The notes: generated from the sequence alone by a model not told the origin. DNA of 64,000 nucleotides from Synechococcus sp. SP2 MAG (GCA_030756895.1 JAVBIX010000029.1:991-64990), one strand, 5' to 3'; shown: positions 48,824-60,719, numbered from the stretch's first letter. Made by a program: numbers and translations.

Positions 48824-49795
48824 TCACGCGCGTAGTTCTCCCTTCACTTCAAGTCGGACTCCTGGACCGATGATCAACATCTTGTCTTCCAGTTCGTCCA
48901 GGCTCCCCTGAGTCATCCAATCAAGTTGGCGCAGTAGATGGAGTGCTACAGCCTGTTTGGCACGGCGAGAGCCATCTTCCACCTTGATTGCCACTCCTAG
49001 GCCATCTCCCGTTCTGCTGAGGCACTGAATGCCTTCGGCGCCACCTTTGCTGATCACCTGTTTATGAGACCGGGACATGAGTTCGGTGTCGAAGCGGCCA
49101 TCTCCAGCAATAAGCTTGGGGTGGGCGAGCATGGCTCTGCTGATTTGCTCCAGCTCAGCATGGGTTGAAGAGCCGAGATGGGCATAGAGCAAAGCCATCT
49201 GGGACAGTTGCAATAGGAGTGTGGGCGCACCGCAGTCATCGCGCTCTGCGACTAATTCTTCAGCGGGGAGCCCGAGGAACTCTCCCACGCGTCGATTGAT
49301 CTCTTGCTGCAGTGGATGATCGCCCTGGAGATAGCTCTCCAAGGGCCACCCCATTTTTCGTGATGTGGCCAGGAAAGCGGCATGTTTGCCGGAGCAATTG
49401 TGCTCAAGGGGACTGTGGCCCCATGCCGGAATTGGGCACTGGAGAGAGTCTGTTTCCAGTTGGGCGTTCCAAAGCAGGCGGAAAGCTTCCCTGGCATGCT
49501 CAGCCGTTCCGGCATGGGAAGCACAACTAATTGCCAAGCCTCGATCTCCAAAGTCATAGGCTCCAGAGGTGCCGCTGCTGAGGGCAGGCAAGGCTTGAAA
49601 TGGCTTGAGTGCAGATCTAACAAATGTTTCATGATCAGGCCGTCCAGCCTTCATCAGGATTCTTCCTTTTGAATCACAAACAACGGCATGCACGCGATGG
49701 ATTGATTCCACCGATGAGCCTCTTTTCAGCACAACCTCAAAGGCGGGACAGCCTGAATTTCTGGACGATCTGCCGTAGCCAGGAGGAAGTGTCAT
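48824..49795 (-). CDS. L-asparaginase II family protein
   Basis: RSALKPFQA, ASHAG...H, HNCSGKH and SKGGAEG motifs. Confidence 0.85.
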   Translation of the reverse strand: MTLPPGYGRSSRNSGCPAFEVVLKRGSSVESIHRVHAVVCDSKGRILMKAGRPDHETFVRSALKPFQALPALSSGTSGAYDFGDRGLAISCASHAGTAEHAREAFRLLWNAQLETDSLQCPIPAWGHSPLEHNCSGKHAAFLATSRKMGWPLESYLQGDHPLQQEINRRVGEFLGLPAEELVAERDDCGAPTLLLQLSQMALLYAHLGSSTHAELEQISRAMLAHPKLIAGDGRFDTELMSRSHKQVISKGGAEGIQCLSRTGDGLGVAIKVEDGSRRAKQAVALHLLRQLDWMTQGSLDELEDKMLIIGPGVRLEVKGELRA

Positions 49796-49828
49796 AGAGG
49801 GAGTGTTAGCGAAGGAATGTCGGCGAAA

Positions 49829-50323
49829 TTAGAGAGCTTGACAGAGGCTGGCTCCACCAAGAATGAGCCCTGTTGTTGTGGCCATGGCCCTGCCGAGCCG
49901 ACCCAAGATCGGGCGAACTTCATGTTGGGCTAATAGAAGATCTCGCTCGCGCCAGGACAAAGGTTTTTCCCAGACTTGCCCGTCATACCAGCCGGATTCT
50001 TCGTATTCCACGCGCTCAGAAAGAAGGCGTTTGTGGACATAGGTCCAACCCAGCCATTGGCGTACCAATAACAACATCGGCAAAACAAGTCCAGAGACAG
50101 CACCCGCAAGCACGAGCCGAATTGGATCATGTTTCAAGCTCCAACTACCGCTCGCTATCAGCACGGTGAGAGGAACAATGAGTAGCCAGCTCAAGAGCAA
50201 TGCCTTGTCTAAATCGATTTGTCGATGACGCGGCCAGGCAAAAAACCACGATTGGCTCAGCTGGGTGAACTCTTCCTGAGGACGTTGATCGGGAGGAACA
50301 GGACAGGAGATTGTCGCAGCCAT
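49829..50323 (-). CDS. CGLD27/Ycf36 (DUF1230) membrane protein
   Basis: CPVPPDQRP..E...L..SWFF.W and YEESGWYDGQVWEKP motifs. Confidence 0.85.
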   Translation of the reverse strand: MAATISCPVPPDQRPQEEFTQLSQSWFFAWPRHRQIDLDKALLLSWLLIVPLTVLIASGSWSLKHDPIRLVLAGAVSGLVLPMLLLVRQWLGWTYVHKRLLSERVEYEESGWYDGQVWEKPLSWRERDLLLAQHEVRPILGRLGRAMATTTGLILGGASLCQAL

Positions 50324-50334
50324 ATGAACAGGTG

Positions 50335-50703
50335 TCAGAGGCCTACTGATGTCTCGGAAGCTAGATGGGGACGGCGTTCACCGTGACTCCAGAACGCTTC
50401 CAAGTCGTAAAAACTACGTTCGTTCGATTGGAGGATGTGCACAATTAATTCGCCGTAATCGAGCAGGGCCCAGCGCCCTTCATTCATCCCTTCTTTGCGT
50501 AAGGGGAGTCGTTTGGCTTCTGCTTCTAGACGTTCTTCAACCGATCGGGCCATTGCCTTGACCTGAACGTCGCTCTGACCGCCTGCAATCACCAACCAAT
50601 CGGCAAGGCTTGAAACCTCATCAATCCGAATTAGCTGGATGTCTACACCTTTGCGATCGTCGCAGGCTTCGGCTGCCAGCTCAGCCAGCTGTTCACTATC
50701 CAT
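50335..50703 (-). CDS. rsfS: Ribosome silencing factor (Iojap)
   Basis: A..ACDDRKG.DI, W.LLDYG..IVHI and RSFYDLE.FW. Confidence 0.92.
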   Translation of the reverse strand: MDSEQLAELAAEACDDRKGVDIQLIRIDEVSSLADWLVIAGGQSDVQVKAMARSVEERLEAEAKRLPLRKEGMNEGRWALLDYGELIVHILQSNERSFYDLEAFWSHGERRPHLASETSVGL

Positions 50704-51331
50704 AAACGTTCTCGCTGGTAACCGATTGATCGGAGCCCTGTTGCTGAGCCATCTCTGCCCTTGCTTTGCCTGCACTTTTGCGTAGCGCCTCGAGGCGGTC
50801 TTCGTAAAAGCTCCTCTTTTTCTTTTTACGTGTCTGTTCCACCAATTCCTTCAGAGCGCCTCCCAGGCTTTTGTACGAGTTCGGAACGCTGTAGCCAAAG
50901 CGGCAAGCCAGGTCTATTGCTCTCTCGTCGGCTGAGATCGCATCGCGTAGACGCTTCTCTGCATTGTTTTTGAGATAAAGGCGATAGCCAGCAAATCCTG
51001 ACAAGCCCAGAGCCATAAACAACAGAAGACCGTCTTGGACCCAAAGCTCACCAATCGCACCGCCAAGGCCGATGGCTAGAGCAGCCATTTCCCAACCGTC
51101 TCTAGGAATCGTGTCGTTTTGGATTCGACCGACCTCGTGCCAAAAAAGCAGGTTTCTGTGATCAAGAGCAAAGCTGTCCCATAGATCAAGATCCACCTGA
51201 ATCTCAACCTCATCTCTGCCGATCTCTTCAAGAGTGATCAAAACCGGTTCAACAGCAGCAGCAGCTTCCACGAATACCCAGCTCTGCATCTCTGGTGGCA
51301 GCAACCCTTTCAGTCGCTGGAGCTCACTCAT
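50696..51331 (-). CDS. DUF3318-like protein
   Basis: ELQRLK.LLPPE, LFWHEVGRIQND and hydrophobic hairpin; family from recall. Confidence 0.75.
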   Translation of the reverse strand: MSELQRLKGLLPPEMQSWVFVEAAAAVEPVLITLEEIGRDEVEIQVDLDLWDSFALDHRNLLFWHEVGRIQNDTIPRDGWEMAALAIGLGGAIGELWVQDGLLLFMALGLSGFAGYRLYLKNNAEKRLRDAISADERAIDLACRFGYSVPNSYKSLGGALKELVEQTRKKKKRSFYEDRLEALRKSAGKARAEMAQQQGSDQSVTSENVYG

Positions 51332-51450
51332 GGTGGATTAAGGACTCCTTTCAACCAACGCTAGCGACCAACCGACCCGAAAGGTTGCTGATGAAATCTT
51401 TCAAGTGCTCCACATGGGAGTATTGGCTGGTTTGGCTGAGTTGAAGGCCC

Positions 51451-54400
51451 ATGCCCAGGCGGAACGATCTTCGTCGCATCCTCCTCTTGGGTTCCGGACC
51501 GATCGTGATCGGACAGGCCTGCGAGTTCGACTATTCAGGAACTCAAGCTTGTAAAGCCCTGAGGGCAGAGGGTTATGAGGTGATCCTGATCAACTCAAAT
51601 CCGGCCTCGATCATGACGGATCCGGAAATGGCGGATCGCACTTACGTCGAGCCGCTCACGCCAGACGTTGTCGCTCGAGTGATTGAACTAGAGCGGCCCG
51701 ATGCCTTGCTCCCAACAATGGGCGGGCAGACCGCTCTCAATCTGGCGGTTGCTCTTGCCGAAAATGGAACGCTGGATCGTTTTGGTGTCGAGCTGATCGG
51801 AGCTGATCTCAAAGCGATTCAAAAAGCGGAAGACCGGAAACTTTTCAAGCAGGCGATGGAGCGCATTGGCGTTCACGTTTGCCCTTCAGGAATCGCGTCC
51901 AATTTGGAAGAAGCTGAATCGGTTGGTGCCGCGATTAGCAGTTATCCGCGCATCATTCGACCTGCCTTCACGCTCGGTGGAAGTGGTGGAGGGATCGCTT
52001 ACAACCCAGAGGAGTTCAGTGCCATTTGCAAGACGGGTCTTGATGCCAGTCCTGTCTCTCAGATCCTGATCGAGAAATCTCTGCTCGGTTGGAAGGAGTT
52101 TGAGCTTGAGGTGATGCGTGATTTGGCAGACAACGTCGTGATTGTTTGCAGCATTGAGAATTTGGATCCAATGGGGGTTCATACCGGTGACTCGATCACC
52201 GTTGCACCGGCCCAAACCCTCACAGATCGCGAATATCAAAGGCTTCGAGATCAGTCGATCGCGATTATTCGTGAGATCGGTGTAGCTACGGGTGGAAGCA
52301 ACATTCAGTTCGCCATCAATCCGGCTGATGGCGAAGTGGTAGTGATTGAAATGAATCCAAGAGTGAGTCGCTCCTCTGCATTGGCGAGTAAGGCCACTGG
52401 ATTTCCAATCGCCAAGATCGCTGCGAGGTTGGCAATTGGATACACCCTTGATGAGATCCTCAACGACATCACTGGAAAAACACCAGCTTGTTTTGAGCCA
52501 ACCATTGACTACGTCGTAACGAAAGTTCCTCGTTTTGCGTTTGAAAAATTCCGTGGATCCCCCGCTGTTCTGACCACAGCAATGAAGTCGGTTGGTGAGG
52601 CGATGGCCATCGGTCGTTGTTTCGAAGAGTCGTTTCAGAAAGCATTGCGATCGTTGGAAACTGGCCTATCTGGCTGGGGAGGTGACCGTCCGGAGCCCTC
52701 ATGTTCCAAAACAGATCTTGAGCGCTCACTACGGACACCGTCTCCCGATCGGATTTTGTCTGTTCGCAGCGCCATGCTGTCTGGAATGACCGATGCTCAT
52801 ATTCATGAATTGAGCAATATTGATCCTTGGTTCCTTGCGAAGTTAAGAGGATTAACTAATGTCGAATCTAAGCTTTTAAAGGGGAAAACTCTGGAAGAGC
52901 TTGATGAGCAAACGCTATTTACAGTCAAGGCTCTTGGGTATTCAGATCGGCAAATAGCCTGGTTTGTGGATAGCAAAGAGATGAATGTGCGAGCGCGTAG
53001 GGACCAGTTGGGTGTGACGCCTGTGTTCAAAACAGTTGATACCTGTGCGGCTGAATTTGCTTCCTCCACTCCCTATCACTACTCAACCTATGAAAGACCG
53101 CTGCTTCGTTTGATGTCAAACGGGCAACTTCAACCCATGGCTCCATCCACTGAGGTTGCGATTGAAACGAGACCAAAGTTGATGATTTTGGGTGGAGGAC
53201 CTAATCGAATTGGGCAGGGTATTGAATTTGATTACTGCTGTTGCCATGCTTCTTTCTCGGCTCAGGATCAAGGTTTTGCGACGGTGATGTTAAACAGCAA
53301 TCCCGAGACGGTCTCGACGGATTACGACAGCAGTGATCGTCTTTATTTCGAGCCCCTAACGCTCGAGGATGTGCTGAATGTCATTGAGGCAGAGCACCCA
53401 AATGGAGTGATTGTTCAATTCGGTGGGCAGACACCTCTCAAGCTTGCATTGCCTCTTTTGAATTGGCTCTCCACACCCCAAGGAGTTGTTACTGGGACTC
53501 AAATTTGGGGAACCTCACCAGAATCTATTGATCTCGCAGAAGATCGGGAACAGTTTGAGGCCATTCTTCGGAAACTGGAGATTCGTCAACCTCGCAATGG
53601 TCTAGCTCGAAGTGAAGTTGAAGCGCGGTCGATTGCAGGCAAAGTTGGCTACCCCGTTGTTGTTCGTCCCTCTTACGTCTTGGGTGGGCGCGCCATGGAA
53701 GTTGTATACGACGAAGCAGAGCTCAATCGCTACATGAAAGAAGCCGTTCAAGTTGAGCCAGATCATCCTGTGCTTATTGATCAATATCTGGAAAATGCTG
53801 TTGAGGTTGATGTTGATGCTCTTTGTGATCATGAGGGTACGGTTGTGATTGGTGGCTTGATGGAACATATCGAGCCTGCAGGAATTCACTCCGGAGATTC
53901 AGCATGCTGTTTGCCTTCTATTTCTCTGAGTGATGATGCTTTAGCTCTTATTCGGCATTGGAGTGAGGCGTTAGCAACCACATTGAAAGTTCAAGGATTG
54001 ATTAATTTGCAATTCGCTGTTCAACGGGCTGCTGATGGGGAAGAAAAGGTGTTCATCATTGAAGCCAATCCTCGTGCTTCAAGAACAGTTCCCTTTGTGG
54101 CCAAAGCAACCGGTGTTCCTTTGGCCCGTCTTGCAACGCGCCTAATGGCGGGTGAAACGTTGAGCCAGGTTGGTCTGCTTAAAGAGCCTGTGCCTCCTTT
54201 GCAGTCCGTTAAAGAAGCGGTGCTCCCCTTCCGGCGTTTTCCTGGGGCCGATTCTCTTCTGGGTCCTGAGATGCGCTCAACCGGTGAAGTGATGGGTTCT
54301 GCATCCGATTTCGGCATGGCCTTTGCCAAGGCAGAACTAGCGGCAGGTGAAGCGCTTCCAACGGCTGGAACTGTTTTCCTTTCTACGCATGATCGCGATA

Positions 54401-54774
54401 AGACTGCACTAGGGCCTGTGGCGAGCCAGCTGATCGGATTGGGATTCAAATTGATTGCGACCTCCGGAACGGCTAAAGCATTGCGAGAGGAAGGATTGGA
54501 GGTTGAGTCCGTACTCAAGGTGCATGAGGGAAGGCCCAACATCGAAGATCTCATTCGCTCTGGGGGCGTTCAGCTGGTGATTAACACCCCGATAGGACGC
54601 CAAGCTGCTCATGATGATCGTTATTTACGACGGGCCGCTCTCGATTATTCCGTTCCTACTCTCACCACACTGGCTGGAGCGCGTGCTGCAGTTGAGGCCA
54701 TTGAGGCCTTGCAAACTCGAACAATCGATATCCATGCTCTGCAAGACGTCCACTCAATGCTTGCTGGCCAGTAG
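51451..54774 (+). CDS. carB: Carbamoyl-phosphate synthase large subunit
   Basis: [17 protein letters not shown], duplicated ATP-grasp halves and MGS domain. Confidence 0.98.
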   Translation: MPRRNDLRRILLLGSGPIVIGQACEFDYSGTQACKALRAEGYEVILINSNPASIMTDPEMADRTYVEPLTPDVVARVIELERPDALLPTMGGQTALNLAVALAENGTLDRFGVELIGADLKAIQKAEDRKLFKQAMERIGVHVCPSGIASNLEEAESVGAAISSYPRIIRPAFTLGGSGGGIAYNPEEFSAICKTGLDASPVSQILIEKSLLGWKEFELEVMRDLADNVVIVCSIENLDPMGVHTGDSITVAPAQTLTDREYQRLRDQSIAIIREIGVATGGSNIQFAINPADGEVVVIEMNPRVSRSSALASKATGFPIAKIAARLAIGYTLDEILNDITGKTPACFEPTIDYVVTKVPRFAFEKFRGSPAVLTTAMKSVGEAMAIGRCFEESFQKALRSLETGLSGWGGDRPEPSCSKTDLERSLRTPSPDRILSVRSAMLSGMTDAHIHELSNIDPWFLAKLRGLTNVESKLLKGKTLEELDEQTLFTVKALGYSDRQIAWFVDSKEMNVRARRDQLGVTPVFKTVDTCAAEFASSTPYHYSTYERPLLRLMSNGQLQPMAPSTEVAIETRPKLMILGGGPNRIGQGIEFDYCCCHASFSAQDQGFATVMLNSNPETVSTDYDSSDRLYFEPLTLEDVLNVIEAEHPNGVIVQFGGQTPLKLALPLLNWLSTPQGVVTGTQIWGTSPESIDLAEDREQFEAILRKLEIRQPRNGLARSEVEARSIAGKVGYPVVVRPSYVLGGRAMEVVYDEAELNRYMKEAVQVEPDHPVLIDQYLENAVEVDVDALCDHEGTVVIGGLMEHIEPAGIHSGDSACCLPSISLSDDALALIRHWSEALATTLKVQGLINLQFAVQRAADGEEKVFIIEANPRASRTVPFVAKATGVPLARLATRLMAGETLSQVGLLKEPVPPLQSVKEAVLPFRRFPGADSLLGPEMRSTGEVMGSASDFGMAFAKAELAAGEALPTAGTVFLSTHDRDKTALGPVASQLIGLGFKLIATSGTAKALREEGLEVESVLKVHEGRPNIEDLIRSGGVQLVINTPIGRQAAHDDRYLRRAALDYSVPTLTTLAGARAAVEAIEALQTRTIDIHALQDVHSMLAGQ

Positions 54775-54800
54775 GGTTTAAAAAGCTTGCTGTTGATCCT

Positions 54801-55472
54801 TTGACCACGACCTCCAAGACAGCGATCGCTCCAGGCAGCGATTGCCGGGATGCTTTTCGTGCTGCTTATCAAAACCGTTACACCTGGGATCCAGGCTTTG
54901 CTGGATATTCAGGTCGCTGCATTTGGCTACAAGGTGATCGCTCTGTTGAGGGGACCTTCCGAATTGGTGCTGATTTAAAAGCGAAGGTTGAGGGAGTTAC
55001 TGACGCTGAAGTTGAGAAGGGATTCGCTTCACAGTTGTGGGAAGTTTGTATTCATCGTGTGCGTCGCACATTTGAACAGACCCATTCTGAAAACACATTT
55101 ACCGCCGGTGATTGCACCGATGAGGGGCTTGAAGTCATTATTGCTGGTAAGGGTAAAGGTGATAAGTACCGTATTAAAAATGACGTTGTAACGATGGTCC
55201 ATCGTCATATTCATGGAACGGTGGTAACCATTCATACCGAAAGCACCACCGACACTGGAAATGGCTATCTCAGTCATTCGTATACAAGTCAATACGCTGA
55301 TCCAGCGACTGGGGAAGCTCGGGGAGGAATGAATCGTTTCACTGACACCTTTGTTCCCGTTTCTGAAGGTGGATCTTGGGTGTTGAGCGAGCGCACCATT
55401 CGTACGGATGCTTGCGGAGATTCGCCTGCTAGTGAGCAGACTTTTCGCTTTGTTGACCTGACAAGCGCTTGA
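54801..55472 (+). CDS. DUF3386-like protein
   Basis: FRAAY.NRYTWD..F.GY motif; family from recall. Confidence 0.75.
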   Translation: MTTTSKTAIAPGSDCRDAFRAAYQNRYTWDPGFAGYSGRCIWLQGDRSVEGTFRIGADLKAKVEGVTDAEVEKGFASQLWEVCIHRVRRTFEQTHSENTFTAGDCTDEGLEVIIAGKGKGDKYRIKNDVVTMVHRHIHGTVVTIHTESTTDTGNGYLSHSYTSQYADPATGEARGGMNRFTDTFVPVSEGGSWVLSERTIRTDACGDSPASEQTFRFVDLTSA

Positions 55473-55506
55473 AATGTGGCACCATCAGCTGAGTTTCAGT
55501 TGATGG

Positions 55507-56847
55507 ATGGAAACACTTATTTCGGCTGTCAACGATCCCATTAATGGGATCGTTTGGGGTTGGCCGATGGTCATCTTGATCGCTGCGACGGGCATTCTTT
55601 TGATGTTCGGCCTGCGGTTAATGCCATTGCAACGCTTGATTTTTGGCGTTCGAGTGCTGGCTACTAGGTCGACCGCTTCTGAACAAGGAGATATTTCTCC
55701 TTTTGCAGCCTTGATGACATCTCTATCTGCCACGATTGGTACCGGCAACATTGCTGGTGTTGCAGGAGCTATTGCTATAGGCGGACCAGGGGCTGTGTTT
55801 TGGATGTGGGTCATTGCCGTGTTTGGTATCGCTACCAAATATGGCGAGGCTGTGTTGGCTGTGAAATATCGGGAAGTGGATGCTCTTGGAAACCACGTCG
55901 GTGGTCCGATGTATTACATCCGCAATGGTCTAGGCAAAAACTGGCAATGGCTTGCTGTTTTGTTTGCCACATTTGGAATGTTGGCTGGATTTGGGATTGG
56001 CAACGGAGTTCAGTGTTTTGAAGTCTCCAGTGCACTGGAAGCCTTTGGTATCCCCAGGTTGGTAACCGGATTGGTTCTTGGCGCTCTCGTTTTTGCTGTG
56101 ATTATTGGTGGTATTGACCGCATTTCTCAAGCCGCCTCAGCCTTGGTCCCAGCAATGACCGTTCTCTATATCGTTGCCTGCATTGTTGTTTTAGGGATCA
56201 ATATTGTTGACGTGCCTGCTGCCTTCGGAACGATTTTTTCTAATGCTTTCAGTGGAGAAGCTGCTGTTGGTGGAGCGCTAGGACAGGTGGTCTTGATGGG
56301 ATTTAAGCGGGGTATTTTTTCCAATGAAGCCGGTTTAGGTAGCGCACCAATAGCCCATGCAGCTGCCAAAACGAATGATCCAGTCCGTCAAGGCACCGTG
56401 GCAATGTTGGGCACCGTGATCGATACCTTGATCCTCTGCACGTTGACGGCATTGGTGATCATTACCAGCGGTGTTTATGGCGGAGGGGAGTCCGGTGCCA
56501 ACCTCTCGATCTTGGCGTTCAACACGGGCTTGAATGGTGCTGGATGGGTTGTAACTGCTGGCCTCGTGGTGTTTGCGTTTACCACCGTTCTTGGTTGGAG
56601 TTTCTACGGAGAGCGCTGCACTGAATTCTTATTCGGCGAAAGGGCGATCAAGCCCTTCCGCTTTGCTTGGGTTGCCGTTGTTGTGATCGGCTCAGTAGCA
56701 GGAGATCGTGGTGTTGTTTGGGGTGTCGCTGACACTTTGAATGGCCTGATGGCCCTTCCCAACCTTGTGTCTTTGCTCCTGCTGTCGCCAGTGATTTTTA
56801 AGCTCACAAGCGACTACAACTTCAATCGCTCTCAGGAAGAGGGCTAA
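55507..56847 (+). CDS. Sodium:alanine/glycine symporter (AGCS family)
   Basis: ATIGTGNIAGVA, GGPGA.FWMW, GGPMYYI and RGIFSNEAGLGSAPIAHA. Confidence 0.93.
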   Translation: METLISAVNDPINGIVWGWPMVILIAATGILLMFGLRLMPLQRLIFGVRVLATRSTASEQGDISPFAALMTSLSATIGTGNIAGVAGAIAIGGPGAVFWMWVIAVFGIATKYGEAVLAVKYREVDALGNHVGGPMYYIRNGLGKNWQWLAVLFATFGMLAGFGIGNGVQCFEVSSALEAFGIPRLVTGLVLGALVFAVIIGGIDRISQAASALVPAMTVLYIVACIVVLGINIVDVPAAFGTIFSNAFSGEAAVGGALGQVVLMGFKRGIFSNEAGLGSAPIAHAAAKTNDPVRQGTVAMLGTVIDTLILCTLTALVIITSGVYGGGESGANLSILAFNTGLNGAGWVVTAGLVVFAFTTVLGWSFYGERCTEFLFGERAIKPFRFAWVAVVVIGSVAGDRGVVWGVADTLNGLMALPNLVSLLLLSPVIFKLTSDYNFNRSQEEG

Positions 56848-57064
56848 CTTCTTTGAGGCGATCGTTGAGTTGCATGGCCATTGACTGGCGTCCTACTGCT
56901 AAAACTTTGAGGGTGTCCTCATGCATGCGTAGTTGGGCGTCAGCTACCTGCATTCCTCTTACGAGCTCTTTTAGGTCATCTGGGAGCTTATTGAGGTCAT
57001 AGCGTTTTCCTTCAAAGGTCAGAATTGGATTCTGGTCTTGGGAAACGGAAGAGCTGGTCATCAA
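56822..57064 (-). CDS. Small hypothetical protein (DUF6447-like)
   Basis: LTFEGKRYDL..L....KELV..MQ.AD pattern. Confidence 0.65.
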   Translation of the reverse strand: MMTSSSVSQDQNPILTFEGKRYDLNKLPDDLKELVRGMQVADAQLRMHEDTLKVLAVGRQSMAMQLNDRLKEVSPLPESD

Positions 57065-57114
57065 TGGAAAGCAAACGCCAAGATCTTATTGGTTGGTGTG
57101 TTGCTTGAAACCAT

Positions 57115-58854
57115 TCATTCGTTGACGCGGATGAATTGTCTTTCACAGAGTTCTCGATATCTACCGCCCTGACTCATTAGATCGTCATGGCTGCCCTGTT
57201 GGCTTATACGACCATGTTCGAGAACAACAATGAGATCTGCTTCCTGAACTGTTGCCAAACGATGGGCAATCACAATCACTGTTCGGCCAAGCATGGCTTG
57301 CTTGAGTCCAAGTTGAACGGCGGCCTCCGCTTCTGCATCGAGGGCACTGGTGGCTTCATCCAACAACATCACTGTTGGATTTCCAAGCACAGCTCTCGCG
57401 ATGGCAATGCGCTGGAGCTGTCCCCCTGAAACGTTGGTGCCTCTCTCCTGAAGACGCGTGTTGTAGCCGTCTGGGAGACGGATGATGAAGTCGTGGGCGT
57501 TGGCAAGCTTTGCGGCCTGTTGGAGCTGTTCCTGCGTAGCTTGCCGACCAAATCGAATCGCCTCTGCGATCGTTCCAGAAAAGACACTGCTGCGTTGCGG
57601 CACAAGAGCAACTTGTTGTCTTAAGTCGCGCGCGCTGACCTGACTGAGATCCTTGTCATCAAAAAGAAGCTGACCTTGGTTAACGCGATTAAACCGCAGG
57701 AGCAGAGAAAAAAGTGTCGTCTTACCTGCCCCTGAAGGTCCCACAAGGGCCACAACTTGTCCGGCCTTTATGGAGAGATTGAAGTCTTGAAGAACAGGCT
57801 GTCCTGGTGTGTAAGCAAACTCAACTTGATTGAATTTTAAATCTCCCCGCAGGCGACCAAGGGGCAGCGATGGCACCGGATCTGCCGGTTCTGTGGGTTC
57901 CTTTTCGATTTCACGCAGGCGGCGAAGTGAGGATTGTCCTTGCTGAAATTCGTTGTAATTCGCGGTGACATGGGCGATCGGATCGATCAGCAGTACCAGG
58001 CCAGTGAGATAGCTGATTAGCTCTGGGACTGCAAGATCACCGCTACTGATCCTGATGGCTGCTAAGACCAGAACTGTGGCGAAACCGAGGACCTCGATGA
58101 TCCCGACCACGGGATGTTGAAGAGCAACAAGCCGATAGGTGTTGTACCGAGCTTGTCGGTGCTGGTCGATTTCTTGTTCAAAACGGCTCTCTAACCAGGG
58201 TTCTGCAGCAAAGGCGCGCACGAGAGGCAGCCCTTCAATGGCTTCTCCCAGTAGACCTGCCAGTTCACTGACCTTTTTTTGACTTCGTTCTGTGGCGATC
58301 ATCACTCTCGCTCCAAACAGGCTGATGAGCCAGGCAACGAAGGGTGCTAGTAGCAGGATCGCGAGCGTTAATTTCCAGTCAAGCCAAAGCATGTAGCCAA
58401 GAACAGCCACCAACTGCAGAGCACTTGGGATGCTGTCGTGGAGGGTTTTATAAATCACCTCGCTCACACGATCAGCATCCTCCGTGAGTCGATAGGTGAG
58501 ATCTCCGGACGACATCTTTTCCAAGGCACCGAGCTGCACCTTCTGAAGCCTTTGAAACAGGTCTCTTCTCAGCGCCTGGCTGACTTGTAAAGCAGGACCT
58601 GCAAGCAGGGAGTCTTGGCCAAATTGAGCGATTTTTTGGATCGCGAACACCAACAGAACCAGTCCTATGACCGGCAGGATGCGCTTTAGATCGCCTGATC
58701 CCACATCGGGTAACAGCCTGCCCATCAGTCGCATCAACACCAACTGGCTGCTGACAAAAACCAGCATGCAGAGAGTGCCGATCGTTAGGAGCCGCCTGTG
58801 AGGTCGCAGCAGTGGAATCAACCTGCGGAATCCCGCTTCTGATGGCTTCAGCAT
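57115..58854 (-). CDS. ABC exporter, fused permease/ATPase (MsbA-like)
   Basis: TM domain plus GPSGAGKT, VSGGQLQRIAIARA and LLDEATSALD. Confidence 0.92.
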   Translation of the reverse strand: MLKPSEAGFRRLIPLLRPHRRLLTIGTLCMLVFVSSQLVLMRLMGRLLPDVGSGDLKRILPVIGLVLLVFAIQKIAQFGQDSLLAGPALQVSQALRRDLFQRLQKVQLGALEKMSSGDLTYRLTEDADRVSEVIYKTLHDSIPSALQLVAVLGYMLWLDWKLTLAILLLAPFVAWLISLFGARVMIATERSQKKVSELAGLLGEAIEGLPLVRAFAAEPWLESRFEQEIDQHRQARYNTYRLVALQHPVVGIIEVLGFATVLVLAAIRISSGDLAVPELISYLTGLVLLIDPIAHVTANYNEFQQGQSSLRRLREIEKEPTEPADPVPSLPLGRLRGDLKFNQVEFAYTPGQPVLQDFNLSIKAGQVVALVGPSGAGKTTLFSLLLRFNRVNQGQLLFDDKDLSQVSARDLRQQVALVPQRSSVFSGTIAEAIRFGRQATQEQLQQAAKLANAHDFIIRLPDGYNTRLQERGTNVSGGQLQRIAIARAVLGNPTVMLLDEATSALDAEAEAAVQLGLKQAMLGRTVIVIAHRLATVQEADLIVVLEHGRISQQGSHDDLMSQGGRYRELCERQFIRVNE

Positions 58855-58896
58855 CAGGTCAGACTATCAATGGCGATTGGACTGATTGGTGCAGGA

Positions 58897-59094
58897 ATGA
58901 GACTTGATCAATTCCTTAAATGGATGGGCTGGGTGGCGACGGGCGGAGAAGCCAAGCTGAGGATTCAGGGGGGTGACGTATTCGTCAATGGTGACCTTGA
59001 GCAACGGCGTGGCCGTCAGCTCAAAGCCGGCGATTGCGTCCAAATGGGTGTCGACTCAGCCGAAGTTTCGGATTCTCTTCAGGCTGGGCCTTAA
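58897..59094 (+). CDS. S4-domain RNA-binding protein (YaaA/YbcJ-like)
   Basis: MRLDQFLK..G...TGGEAK..IQ.G.V.VNG..E.RRGRQL. Confidence 0.85.
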   Translation: MRLDQFLKWMGWVATGGEAKLRIQGGDVFVNGDLEQRRGRQLKAGDCVQMGVDSAEVSDSLQAGP

Positions 59095-59127
59095 GTTGTC
59101 AGCTGCTGAGATGCAGAGGAAGGAAGC

Positions 59128-59859
59128 GTGCGCAAACCGGTGATTGCTGGCAACTGGAAAATGCACATGACCTGTGCGCAAGCGAGGGCCTGGATAAGTA
59201 CGTTTCTTCCCCTTATTGCAGAGCTGCCCGATGACCGACATTTGGTAGTAGCTCCACCGTTTACGGCCATCAGCACGCTTGCTGAGCTGAGCCAAGGAAC
59301 CCGCCTTGAACTATCAAGCCAGAACGTGCACTGGGAGGGAGAGGGCGCTTATACCGCTGAAATTTCTCCGAGCATGCTCAAGGAGCACAACGTTGAATAC
59401 GCGATCGTTGGCCATAGCGAGCCTCGCAAGTACTTCAGCGAAAGTGACGAACAGATCAATCACCGGGCTCGATCAGCCCAGACAAATGGATTGATTCCCA
59501 TTGTTTGCGTTGGTGAAAGCGACGAACAGCGCAGCCGAGGTGAGGCTGAGCGGGTCATCCGTCGTCAGGTTGAACAGGGCTTAGAAGGTCTTGACCCCAG
59601 CCAGCTGGTTGTGGCCTACGAGCCGATCTGGGCGATTGGTACCGGCAAAACGTGTGAAGCGAGTGAAGCCAATCGAATCTGCGGATTGATTCGTAGCTGG
59701 GTTGGTTCACCAGACTTGATCATTCAATACGGGGGCTCGGTGAAGCCAGCCAATATTGATCAGTTGATGGGAATGAGTGATATTGATGGGGTGCTTGTTG
59801 GTGGTGCCTCCCTAGACCCTGAAGGCTTCGGAAGGATCGCGAATTACAACAAGAGCTGA
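59128..59859 (+). CDS. tpiA: Triosephosphate isomerase
   Basis: [28 protein letters not shown] and LVGGASL. Confidence 0.97.
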   Translation: MRKPVIAGNWKMHMTCAQARAWISTFLPLIAELPDDRHLVVAPPFTAISTLAELSQGTRLELSSQNVHWEGEGAYTAEISPSMLKEHNVEYAIVGHSEPRKYFSESDEQINHRARSAQTNGLIPIVCVGESDEQRSRGEAERVIRRQVEQGLEGLDPSQLVVAYEPIWAIGTGKTCEASEANRICGLIRSWVGSPDLIIQYGGSVKPANIDQLMGMSDIDGVLVGGASLDPEGFGRIANYNKS

Positions 59860-59862
59860 CCT

Positions 59863-60699
59863 TTGATGCGCTGGCCGAAGGATTGGGGCACGCGTACCGC
59901 AGTGATGGGAGTGATCAACCTCACTCCCGATTCCTTTAGTGATGGCGGTCAGTTCAATCAACTCGATCGTGCTTTGGCTGAGGCATCGCGACAGATTGCC
60001 TCTGGGGCTGATTGTTTGGATCTTGGAGCCCAAAGCACCAGGCCAAATGCCGTTGAAGTGGGAGCTGATGAAGAGCTCAAGCGCCTGTTGCCAACGCTGA
60101 GAGCCATTCGTGCAGCTCACCCCAAGGTTCTGATCTCGGTCGATACCTTTCTGGCTGCGGTTGCCAACCAGGCTCTTGAGGCTGGTGCTGATTGGATTAA
60201 CGACGTAAGCGGAGGACGACATGATTCAGAGATGTTGCCGTTGATCGCACGTGCTGGCTGCCCCTTTGTGCTGATGCATAGTCGCGGGACTAGCCGAACG
60301 ATGGACCTCTGTACGGATTATGGGGACCAGGGAGTTGTGCAGGGGGTACTGGAGGAATTACGGGCAGCAACAGATCGAGCTGTTGAAACTGGTGTACGTC
60401 TTGACCAGTTGCTCTGGGATCCAGGCCTTGGCTTTGCTAAAACAACGGCCCAAAATCTCACCCTTCTCCAGCAGCTCAATACCCTTGTGGCTGAAGGGAT
60501 TCCTCTATTGCTTGGACCCTCGCGCAAACGTTTTATAGGGGCTGTATTGGATGAACCAAGAGCCCGTGCCCGTCTTTGGGGCACGGCAGCGGTCTGTGCT
60601 CGGGCCGTCGATGCTGGCGTAGCTGTCTTAAGAGTGCACGACGTAGGACCTATTCATCAAGTGGTGACGATGGCCTCAGCTATTGGTTCAGATCGCTAG
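59863..60699 (+). CDS. folP: Dihydropteroate synthase
   Basis: MGVINLTPDSFSDGG, STRP, DPGLGFAK, SRKRFIG and RVHDV. Confidence 0.96.
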   Translation: MMRWPKDWGTRTAVMGVINLTPDSFSDGGQFNQLDRALAEASRQIASGADCLDLGAQSTRPNAVEVGADEELKRLLPTLRAIRAAHPKVLISVDTFLAAVANQALEAGADWINDVSGGRHDSEMLPLIARAGCPFVLMHSRGTSRTMDLCTDYGDQGVVQGVLEELRAATDRAVETGVRLDQLLWDPGLGFAKTTAQNLTLLQQLNTLVAEGIPLLLGPSRKRFIGAVLDEPRARARLWGTAAVCARAVDAGVAVLRVHDVGPIHQVVTMASAIGSDR

Positions 60700-60719
60700 A
60701 ACAGCGATCTAATTTTTAA